From Sedimentisphaerales bacterium (GTDB lineage: Bacteria; Planctomycetota; Phycisphaerae; Sedimentisphaerales; SM23-30): a stretch of 64,000 bases of DNA. Shown piece after piece: positions 9,840 through 19,300 of this stretch (within the stretch, counting starts at the first letter, position 1; each line of letters starts with the position of its first letter). The DNA lies in the NCBI GenBank assembly GCA_963663965.2, contig CAXXFK010000041.1, positions 1 to 64,000 on the forward strand. The letters are read 5' to 3'. The position numbers were made by a program, and so were the translations under genes. The notes beneath the pieces were generated by a model that did no database searches, was not told the DNA's origin, and saw nothing but the letters and a program-made list of their open reading frames with translations.

Positions 9840-12188
9840 TTAATTATCCAGCCAGTTCCGCGTAAGCAGGCTCAGATCGGCCATATCCACCGAACAGTCT
9901 TGATTGATATCGGCCGCCAGAAACTCCAGACATCGTCCGGGATAGAGTACCAGGGTCGTACGGGGCGAAATCTCAACCATGGGTCCGCTGACCGGTCTGG
10001 ATTCAATCAGATCAACAGCCGGACCATCTGTCAGGCTGGAGATGTCCAGAGAATAGGTCTCGGTCTCGGATAGATTCATCGCGACCAGATAATCGCCATA
10101 GCGGCAGGTATAAAGTTTAAACATGCCATAGGGAGTTTGCATAGCCACATTGGCGATCCGGTCCATGGTATCGGTGGTATAATGAATGCGCGCGATATGA
10201 CTGGGGATGGCATTGGCCTGCGAGCGGCTGCAATTGCTGCAATAATCATGACGCCAGTTCAGGGTCATATACCAGCGCGCGCCGTTATGCCGAACCGCCA
10301 CCGCGCCGGCTTGTTCATCGGCCCAGGCAAAGATTGGCTCGCATTCCATCGGCAATCGAGCCGAAGCCGCCGGCAGCGCCTCGACCGCCTTGAACACATC
10401 CACCATTTTAATAGTTTGCAGGGTATTGTCCGCGTAATGGGCGGCGACTGCGGAGGCGGAACAGTCGATCTGATAAACCCGCCGATTGGCAATATATTCC
10501 TGTAGAATCCGTATAGCGGTCGGATGATCCAAATGCAAAGCCGCCCAGGCCAGACCGTTAAAGCCGGCCGGACCCGGAAACGCCGCCGCAGGATACTTGT
10601 TCGGCCGCCAGCTGATCACCGATTCATTGACCCAACCTCGATAACCGTCACGGTCATTATCCGGATAAACAAAATTGGCAAACGCCTCAATCTCTTTCAC
10701 AAACCGGCCATTGACAATCGCATCATGACCGCCGGTCATTTCACCATAGCTATGAATAAATCTCAGCGCGGCCGGGCCGTAGTTGCCGCAATAGCCGCCA
10801 TTAATCGTGCCATGCACCTCAAGGGCCAATCCCTTTTGCGATTCCCAGTAACCGCCATACACCGGATTAGCCCCTGCGCCCATTGCCTGATAAATCCATT
10901 GACGAACCAGACTGTCGGGCCAGGCCTCCTCCGGCGAGAGAAGCTTAAGGCACTGATTGGCCCGCGTCATGGTATGGACCTGGGCTCGGTCCTGATTGGG
11001 GGCGTGGCCGCGATCGGTCTGCATGTGACTGACCATCCCTTTGAACAGGTTGACCCAGGCTGTCCTGCGAGTTACTTTTGAGGTATCCGGATTATCATCC
11101 TCATCGATCAACGTATTCAAAACGGCTTCATCAATCTGATCATGAACCATCAGGTATGCATCCGCCAGGGCGTGCAGGCCAAAGCCTTCCAGTGGGTGTG
11201 CGCCGTTTACCCGATCCGGGCCGCCGATCCAGAGCAGCCCCCACGGATTACCAAAACCGCCATTGGCTCCCTGGGCTACGCGAAAGAAGTCCAGACCTTT
11301 GACGATCCGGTCCACCATCTCCGGATTATGATAATAATCTGACCATGGACTGACATAGGCAATGCCATAGGCCTCCAGGGCCTGAAGTGAAACCAGATTG
11401 CTGTCGGTAAACCGCTGGTAGATATCCTCTTTCCATTGCTGCTTAGTCCAGCTGCTGTTACCGCCCCGTCCGTCAAAAGTAACCGCACCGGTTATTGCCG
11501 ACGGGGCAGTCCCGGCTGCTACCTGGGCATTCCAGACCGGTCCATATTTTTGCCAGGTCAAAAATTCAGCGATTCCCAGATTGGCCTGATAGACCAGTTG
11601 ATCATATTGGGATCGGGCTCCCGCCGGCCGGATTGGGCCCGGACCGGGATCTTTTCCCTGAATTTCACCTTCAGGATTAAAAAAAGGCTCCAGGTGGGTA
11701 TAGACCCGGTAGATACCCAACTCAGCGTCGGCCAGCTTCAATGTCACCTGATTACGACCTTCAGTCAGCCGATCAGGCAGCAGGTAGGTACAGTAAACAA
11801 ACCGGCCGGGAAAAGGCGCCTGGTCATTCCAGATAGTCAGTTCCGGCCAGGCGGTTTGATACGCGCCGATACGGGTATCGGGATCATACCAATATAAATA
11901 TTGTGTGCCGCTAACGCGGTCAGAACCCCAGAGTTTCACAGTCAGATAAGTAGGTTCACTAGGGTGACAGGCCAGAGTAAAGCTGATGAAACCATTACTG
12001 CCGATCCGGCGGCAGAGTTGACCCTTCCCGCCCGGTGAAACGGAGGCGTTATATGGAAATACCTGATGACCGGTTTCCGACCCGGTGTCACCCAGACTCA
12101 ACTGATCGAGCGTATCGGCAGAGAGACGTACGCCGGCCAGTATCGATACAAACCACAATGACTGAAAGAATAATCGCATGAATATCAT
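9840..12188 (-). CDS. Secreted protein of unknown function (possible carbohydrate-active enzyme) with C-terminal dockerin-like motif
   Basis: 782 aa, signal peptide, helical aromatic-rich core, tail ADINQDCSVDMADLSLLTRNWL. Confidence 0.65.
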   Translation of the reverse strand: MIFMRLFFQSLWFVSILAGVRLSADTLDQLSLGDTGSETGHQVFPYNASVSPGGKGQLCRRIGSNGFISFTLACHPSEPTYLTVKLWGSDRVSGTQYLYWYDPDTRIGAYQTAWPELTIWNDQAPFPGRFVYCTYLLPDRLTEGRNQVTLKLADAELGIYRVYTHLEPFFNPEGEIQGKDPGPGPIRPAGARSQYDQLVYQANLGIAEFLTWQKYGPVWNAQVAAGTAPSAITGAVTFDGRGGNSSWTKQQWKEDIYQRFTDSNLVSLQALEAYGIAYVSPWSDYYHNPEMVDRIVKGLDFFRVAQGANGGFGNPWGLLWIGGPDRVNGAHPLEGFGLHALADAYLMVHDQIDEAVLNTLIDEDDNPDTSKVTRRTAWVNLFKGMVSHMQTDRGHAPNQDRAQVHTMTRANQCLKLLSPEEAWPDSLVRQWIYQAMGAGANPVYGGYWESQKGLALEVHGTINGGYCGNYGPAALRFIHSYGEMTGGHDAIVNGRFVKEIEAFANFVYPDNDRDGYRGWVNESVISWRPNKYPAAAFPGPAGFNGLAWAALHLDHPTAIRILQEYIANRRVYQIDCSASAVAAHYADNTLQTIKMVDVFKAVEALPAASARLPMECEPIFAWADEQAGAVAVRHNGARWYMTLNWRHDYCSNCSRSQANAIPSHIARIHYTTDTMDRIANVAMQTPYGMFKLYTCRYGDYLVAMNLSETETYSLDISSLTDGPAVDLIESRPVSGPMVEISPRTTLVLYPGRCLEFLAADINQDCSVDMADLSLLTRNWLDN

Positions 12189-12275
12189 CTCTCCTGAACC
12201 GGCAACCGGGCAGCTTTACCAGAAAACCACCCGCGGATGCTGCCGATGTGCCTTTGCTGATTGAACGGAAACCGG

Positions 12276-12314
12276 AAAACATCTTCCGGAGCGAATGATT
12301 CTCCGGAAGATGTT
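12276..12314 (-). terminator. Terminator/hairpin downstream of the 12353-14065 gene
   Basis: Perfect 14-bp stem AACATCTTCCGGAG / CTCCGGAAGATGTT, short T-run on minus strand. Confidence 0.7.
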
Positions 12315-12352
12315 GAAATCATAATCAAACACTTAACCCGGTCAGATTACCA

Positions 12353-14065
12353 TTACGGAGTTGTCAGCGCGGTCGATTTGAGCCAGTCAGCAGCCAGCAG
12401 GCCCAGGTCGATCAGATCTACTTCGCAGTCATCGTTCAGGTCACCGGTCAGAGGCGCGTAGCCCGGCACACCCTTGGCGGCCGCGCAGGCGTCTTCGTAT
12501 ACATTAATCACCACGGTATCGACAGCGGTCAATTCCGAATCGTCCACCGTCAGCCGCAGTTCAAAAGTACCGGCCCGGGTAATTGTTACCGTGGTCGTTG
12601 CCAGGGTTGGATTGTTAATCACGACATCGGCGTCTTCAGTCACTTCTTCCCATAGCACCGTATAAGCGGCCGGCGGACTGGGCTTGCCATCATCGGTAAT
12701 GGTCGGGGCCATCGTTACAGCAACCGTGCCGTCGGTCAACCACGCAAAAATCGGATCGCCGGCATTCACCTGCGGCGCCGAGTTATCCACGGTGAAACGC
12801 CAGACCGTACCAACTGTCGTGCCGGCGCTGACCGCGGAGGAGTCGCGCGTATCAACCCGCCAGTAAACCGTGTCGCCATACTGCAGCGGCCACAGACTGG
12901 TCCCCGTCAGGTCAAGCGTATTGACAGACATGTTAGAGACAACCTTGACCGCGTAATTCAGAAAATTGGGGTCATTCTTGTCTTTCCCATAATCAGGATA
13001 ATTATTGCTTAGGTAAACATCGCAGGTGACCACGCCGCCGGCCACATTGGGATCCGGATTGACCCAACTGACGCTGCTGGTCTGGTCGGAAACTTTGGCG
13101 CCATTGACCGGCGTAGGAAGATAAGCCCCGCCCGGGAACGAAGCGATTGCGGTAAAATCTGTTCCGGCCGCGGAATAATACTCCATGCCATTGGTCCAAT
13201 CGCCGTCAAAAATCGTGACGCCGCCCTGCTGGCCGCCCCATTCACCCGAAAAACGGTTGGCCGTCAGCCATTTGCCGTCAAAGGTCGGCTGAATCTGCCG
13301 GACATAATATTCCGGACTGTTCGAACCGTCCACCACTTTTATCATATCGGTTCCGTCCAGTGCGAAAGAGAAGATTTCATGACCGTTGGCGCTGGGGACA
13401 TATACACGGCCGTCCACAATCTCAACATCTTTGGGGCCGCGCAAACTGCCTAAGGACCAGCTGGTGATCGTTTCCAGGGTAACGCCATTGAGAACCAGCA
13501 GAAAGTTGCCGCTGTCATTGCCATCCCCATCAACCACCCACAAATCGTCAACGCCATCGCCTGATACATCCGGGCCGAATTCAAGGGCAACCGTACGGCG
13601 ATTGACATCCGCAATGACCCAGACCTGCTCTGAACTGCCGGCATAATCCGAAGCGCTGCCATAAGCCAGGATGTAACCGTCTCCTGCGCCATTATGCCCG
13701 GCCGCCACCCACAGGTCATCGATACCATCGCCATCAATATCATTGCCAAAAGTAAGATCCCAGAGTCGATCCGTTGCGGGTACCTGTTGCTGGGCAATTT
13801 CGGATACTCGCGCGCCCGTGACCGGATCGATTCTGGCCACCCGGTCATCCACCCACATCCCTAGATAGAGATAGCCATCGGGACCGGTCTCCATCTGATA
13901 GGCATCGTGAGTTACATCACCGCTTTGCCAGACGATATTGCCATAGGCATCCCAGCGGGTCATGAGATCATTATTCTTATCATGGGCCACTATCCCGGCT
14001 CCCGCCAGGCTGATCGAGGTAATCATCAGCACGCCCAACATCGTAAAATACATCTTTTTCAACAT
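12353..14065 (-). CDS. Secreted beta-propeller protein with Fn3-like, PKD-like and dockerin-like domains
   Basis: Signal peptide; FGPDVSGDGVDDLWV blade repeats; YWRVD module; GTFELRLTVDD PKD motif; GDLNDDCEVDLIDLGLLAADWL. Confidence 0.75.
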   Translation of the reverse strand: MLKKMYFTMLGVLMITSISLAGAGIVAHDKNNDLMTRWDAYGNIVWQSGDVTHDAYQMETGPDGYLYLGMWVDDRVARIDPVTGARVSEIAQQQVPATDRLWDLTFGNDIDGDGIDDLWVAAGHNGAGDGYILAYGSASDYAGSSEQVWVIADVNRRTVALEFGPDVSGDGVDDLWVVDGDGNDSGNFLLVLNGVTLETITSWSLGSLRGPKDVEIVDGRVYVPSANGHEIFSFALDGTDMIKVVDGSNSPEYYVRQIQPTFDGKWLTANRFSGEWGGQQGGVTIFDGDWTNGMEYYSAAGTDFTAIASFPGGAYLPTPVNGAKVSDQTSSVSWVNPDPNVAGGVVTCDVYLSNNYPDYGKDKNDPNFLNYAVKVVSNMSVNTLDLTGTSLWPLQYGDTVYWRVDTRDSSAVSAGTTVGTVWRFTVDNSAPQVNAGDPIFAWLTDGTVAVTMAPTITDDGKPSPPAAYTVLWEEVTEDADVVINNPTLATTTVTITRAGTFELRLTVDDSELTAVDTVVINVYEDACAAAKGVPGYAPLTGDLNDDCEVDLIDLGLLAADWLKSTALTTP

Positions 14066-14590
14066 GGTAGTCTCCTTTGAAAAATGAGTGAAGAAATTTT
14101 AAAAGCGTATAAGCTTATTTTAGCCGGTTAGTTAATTGTAGAAAAAGGTGACTGAAGAAAAATTAACTTGAATCATTTTTAACATCAGCATCAACATATA
14201 GCAACCCGCTATAAATCCGTTATCAAATGAAATGAGTATCACATTTTAATTCCATGTTTTTATGGTTGAGCAAAACCTTGGTCTCATGGCGGCAATCATT
14301 TGCTCAAAATAGACACGTTTCTTTTTTGAGACAACGTACTGACCATGCCCCTTAGGTGCTAAGCCAAGAAAGATATTAAAAGTCCGCTCGATTTAATATA
14401 AGTACTTGGAATGAAATGAATAGCGTGCGAGCGGCCGGGTATATTCCTACCCGTTAAACAAAAAACGACATTTCCTGCGACTTTAACTTTGAACATGCCT
14501 GAAATTTATCAGATAATCTCAATTTGAGCAATGAAAATTTTGGTTATGTTATTTTTCTAATAGATTGCGTAACAAAACAAGGATGTCTCA

Positions 14591-16087
14591 ATGAAGAAAA
14601 AAGTGATTATCATAGGAGCCGGTATTACAGGCCTCTCGGCCGGCTGTTATCTCCAGATGAACGGGTATCAGACCGAAATATTCGAGCTGCACAACTTACC
14701 TGGCGGACTCTGCACGGCCTGGCAGCGGGGGGGATATACCTTCGATGGCTGCATTCACTGGCTGGTGGGTTCCAATCCCTCCGATCCCTTTTATGCCCTC
14801 TGGAATGAATTAATTGATATGTCAGACCTCACATTCATCGAACCCGAAGAGGCGCTGAGGGTGGAGGATGCCCAGGGCCAATGCATCAGGGTATTTAGCG
14901 ACATTGACCGGTTGGAAGAGGAAATGATGGCCAAAGCGCCCACTGATGCCGGCATCATTCGCCAATTCACCAATGCCGTCAGAAAATTCAGTAAATTCCG
15001 CCTGAGTATCGATAAGGCGCACGAAACCTACTCCGGGCTCGACAAACTCTCATTTCTGCTCAAGTGTATCCCTTATCTCAAGGATATGAACTATTGGATG
15101 GGTATGACCGCTCAGGATCTGGCCGATCAATGTTCCAGCCTGCTCCTCAGAAAAACATTTCAATATATGTTCCTGCCGGATATGGCGGCCCTGTTTCTGG
15201 TCTTCACCCAGGCTTGGCGGCACAAAAAAAATGCCGGTTACCCACTCGGCGGCTCGTTGGAGTTCGCCCGCAAGATTGAAGAAACCTACCTGAAACTGGG
15301 CGGCAGAATCAACTACCAGGCCCGGGTCAGCAAAATCACAGTTGAAAACCATGTCGCCAAAGGAATCCAATTAACCGATGGATCCACCCATTCCGCCGAT
15401 ATCATCATCTCCGCCGCGGATGGCCATGCCACCATCTATGACATGCTGGAAGGAAAATATGTCAACGATGTGATCAACCACTATTATCAGAATTTAAAAG
15501 TATTCCCCTCCTATCTCCAAATCTCCTTAGGCGTGGCCCGAACCTGTGAAGGTTTGCCCTCAACCACCATATTCCCGCTGGACAACCCCATCCAGGTGGA
15601 TAGCTCCCAGACCAGCGATTATTTAGGTGTCCGGATCTTCAATTTCGATCCACACATGGCCCCAACCGGAAAAACCGTCCTGACCGTCATCCTGCCCACT
15701 TACAACGATACCTATTGGGAAACCTTAAGACGCGATGACAAAGAAAAATACCGGGCCGAAAAAGAGCGGATCGCAAACGAGGTCATCGCCGCTTTAGATA
15801 ATCGATTCGGAAACATCCAACCCTGCGTCGAACAGATCGATGTCTCTACCCCCGCGACCGTTATCCGATACACCAATAACTGGAAAGGCAGCCTGGAAGG
15901 CTGGATCCTGTCGCCGGAACTGGGTTTCAAAAAAATGAGCAAAACCCTGCCCGGTCTCAGCAATTTTTACCTGGCCGGCCAGTGGGTCGAACCGGGTGGC
16001 GGCCTGCCCACCGCGTTGCTGTCAGGCAGAAACGTCACCCAGATCATCTGCAAAGCGGATAATCGAAAGTTCAAAAACCACCCTTAA
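14591..16087 (+). CDS. FAD-dependent oxidoreductase, phytoene desaturase-like (COG1233)
   Basis: IIGAGITGL Rossmann motif, PGGLCT.W.RGGYTFDG, C-terminal YLAGQWVEPGGGLP. Confidence 0.85.
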   Translation: MKKKVIIIGAGITGLSAGCYLQMNGYQTEIFELHNLPGGLCTAWQRGGYTFDGCIHWLVGSNPSDPFYALWNELIDMSDLTFIEPEEALRVEDAQGQCIRVFSDIDRLEEEMMAKAPTDAGIIRQFTNAVRKFSKFRLSIDKAHETYSGLDKLSFLLKCIPYLKDMNYWMGMTAQDLADQCSSLLLRKTFQYMFLPDMAALFLVFTQAWRHKKNAGYPLGGSLEFARKIEETYLKLGGRINYQARVSKITVENHVAKGIQLTDGSTHSADIIISAADGHATIYDMLEGKYVNDVINHYYQNLKVFPSYLQISLGVARTCEGLPSTTIFPLDNPIQVDSSQTSDYLGVRIFNFDPHMAPTGKTVLTVILPTYNDTYWETLRRDDKEKYRAEKERIANEVIAALDNRFGNIQPCVEQIDVSTPATVIRYTNNWKGSLEGWILSPELGFKKMSKTLPGLSNFYLAGQWVEPGGGLPTALLSGRNVTQIICKADNRKFKNHP

Positions 16088-16206
16088 GCTAAAATTAAAA
16101 TTATCTGTTTATTGGAGAAATTGAGCAGGCATAACCCTGTTATACCTTATCGGACGCGCCCACACTCCATGAGCGAAAAGAATATGGCCTCTCGGGTAGA
16201 AGAAAA

Positions 16207-16235
16207 TTGCTTAACAGGCTCTGATTGCCTATAAT
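16207..16235 (+). promoter_or_regulatory. Putative sigma70 promoter
   Basis: TTGCTT-17 nt-TATAAT upstream of the 16333 gene. Confidence 0.55.
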
Positions 16236-16332
16236 AAGAGTGTGCGTATCGTACTGATTTTCCGATATCGGTCGGTAGCCGGCGTGTGCCATGAAGATTA
16301 TTATAAGCCCGAAATAATAAGAGGGGATTCAG

Positions 16333-19300
16333 ATGGCAAAAATCAGTAGTTTACGATCGAATATCGGTTCAGGTCTCTCAGATAAAGTTAAAATACCAAT
16401 CAATTCCTGCTTGGTATTAGAGCCTTTGGAACCGCGGTTGTTACTGGATGGCGCCATTCCGGCATTGGATCTGTTTGAGTATGTAAATGTAGGTCTGGGT
16501 ACCACCTATGCCGTAAATGATGTGGCGTTGGGGGCGGAAGGTGAAATTTTTGTAGCCGGTTCAGCCACCAACACCTCAGGAACGGTTAGTCAGGGCGATT
16601 TCAATCAGGTAATCCGTAACCACAGCGGCAGCCGGGATGGCTTTGTCGCCAGAATCACCGCAGATGGTCAGGGTGATTGGATCACCTTCCTGGGTGGAAG
16701 TGATACCGATGAGATCGATTTTATCAATATCGATACACAGGGCGCTATTTGGGTGGCGGGCGATACCACCTCCTATGAGGACTTCCCCTTTGATACCGGT
16801 CAACCCGTGGGGGGGCGGTTTGTCGCACAACTCAACAGTCAGGGGACGTTAGTGTGGGCTTCATCTCTGGGCGGTTATGAAGGCCCCGAAGTGGGCAACT
16901 GGTCCTATTCCACTATTGCCAATCAAATTCAGTTCGATCCCGACGGCTGGTTGGATATCTTTTCCTATATCCAGACCGAAACGGAAAACTATTATGGCGT
17001 GGCGAGTTTTAACAGTACCGGTACGATAGAGGAGATCGGCCATTTTAATTACGAATATCAGGACCTGGCCAATCCCAATATCCGTTTTGCCAAAGTTATG
17101 TCACCAAACCAGGTGCTAGCGGTGTCCCAATCGAGCTCCCCATACTCTTTTGATGTAATGCTGCTGGAGACCGACAGCCATACATCGACAGCAACCATGC
17201 CGGGATTTGTCCAGGAGGTAACTCTGGATAATCAGGGCAACCTGCTGGTAACCGGTTACAAAAATGAATATCCCGACGAAGATGGTTTTATCGCGAAGTT
17301 TGACAGTATGGGCGAGTTACTATGGACGGTTGATATGGGTGGCTCAAGCCGGGATCGATGCTATGCTATTGCGACCGACGAACAGGGGAATGTCTATTTT
17401 AATGGGTATAGTGAGAGTTGGTCCGATTTCCCTCTGGTGAATGCGCTGTCCCTTGACCAGACCAGTGCCAGTTTTTTAGGCGCCCTGTCTTCTGATGGTC
17501 AGATCCTCTGGAACACCAGACTGGGCCTGATCGATGGAAACTGGCTGGGTGCCCCAGGATTTGCGGGTGTGGATGCGGATGAAGAGGGTGTGGTTTATGC
17601 CGATACCAGTTACAATTCAGCAGCCCGGCAGACGGCGCTAATGGTTCACCGTATTACATTGAGTTCCGGTCCAACTTTGCCGGTGGCATCGTTGGATACC
17701 GATTTCATCTACGATGATTATGCCTATCTGAACGAAATAAACGAAGCCGGCTATCTGGATATTCGCTTTGAGGATACCGACTCCAAAACTGTAAACGGCG
17801 ATGAATTTGTCCTCAGTGGGCCCGGCGCCGAAAATGTTTCGATTAAAGGCAAACCCAGGCTCATCGATTCCGAAAACAACATCTATCGTTATACCCTGGA
17901 TGGCGATTTTGGCAGTGGCCCGGTGGTGATGGAATATGGGGCCAGTGGCTTTTCCGGTTCGGAAGGCCAGGGCAACATCGCGGCTTCCCAGACCTTCAGA
18001 GTGATCCCCGATATCGCCCCGTTACAATTCAGTATCAATACCAGTGAATTCGAATGGGACGATAGTGAACAGGAATTCATCTATGAAGGCGAAATCAGTA
18101 TCGGATTAATTCCATCCGAGGGATCAGCTTTCACCCCGGCCATAACGTTGGTTGGGGGCTCGCTGAGTGTCGATGAAGATGCCGTCTATGGCGAAGGGAC
18201 CGTCTGGACGACATTAACCGGTAACTCGATCAATCTCTTCCAGGGCAGTTTCGAGATCAAGCGGGGCCAGGCGCAGACCTATCTGTTGCAGGATAACCAT
18301 GTTCTGGATGACAGTGAGTTTCTTCTGGCCGGCCAGGATTATCAGTTCACCGCGTTCTCGCTGGCAACCGCCGGCCAGCTGCGGGCGCAGGGCGCCATCA
18401 ATTTATCCTCCAATCTGGGAGCCGTCCAATTGGCGGTCAGTGGCAATCACTGGATTACTTTTTCCGCCACTGGTATTGGTTTAACCGGCGGCACCTTGAC
18501 CTTGCCCAATGTCGACATCAACACGGAATACATGGAAATGAAGGCGGAAAGCCTGTCAGTGGAATATGTCGCGGCCACCCCGGCGTCTGGCGCCACTCCG
18601 GCCAAGCCGGATGCCTTGCGCTTTCGCGGCAAAGTCACGTTGCCAAGTGTCTTCGGCGCGACTGCGGATCTCACCCAGGATCTATTCGCCGGTACGGATG
18701 GCTATATCGAAGTAAACGCCAACGGTGAAATAAAATGGTATGGCAAATTGTCGATAGAGGAAATCGTCATTGTCCCGGACCTCTGGGAGATCAAAGAAGC
18801 CACCCTCGAACTGCGCGAAGGCACCGGTGGAACCATGGTTGTCGCGGGTAATGGCAAAGCCGTTGTGCCGCCCGGTATGGAAATTGTCTGCGGCCTGGGT
18901 TTTGTCAACGATCAGTTTAATTATATCCGGCTGGGAGTAGGGGATTTAAATCTACCCATTGGCACAACCGGCGCGTTTCTGCAGGAGATCAACGGTACGG
19001 TCAACAATCTGGCCGATCCCGATCCGATCAATATTTACTTTGGCGGCGGATTGGCTTTCACTGCCGGTCCCGAACTGGGGATTGCCCTGCCCGAATGGGC
19101 CGGCGGCGATTTAACCGGCCGCCTGGCCGAGTTTGGCGTCGAAGGTGGATTCACCATGTCAACACTCACCGGCAGCGGCACACTGAAAATGATTGGTGGA
19201 CTGGCAGAGGGGGCGGCCGTATCGACTCTGGACTGGGACAAGGGAACGCTGGATGCCAAATGCACTCTGACGGCGCTTAGCAACCTGGTTACCATCACCG

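Noticed and set aside
14591..16087. Carotenoid biosynthesis gene crtI
   Set aside because: Only family-level similarity; no crtB/crtE neighbours
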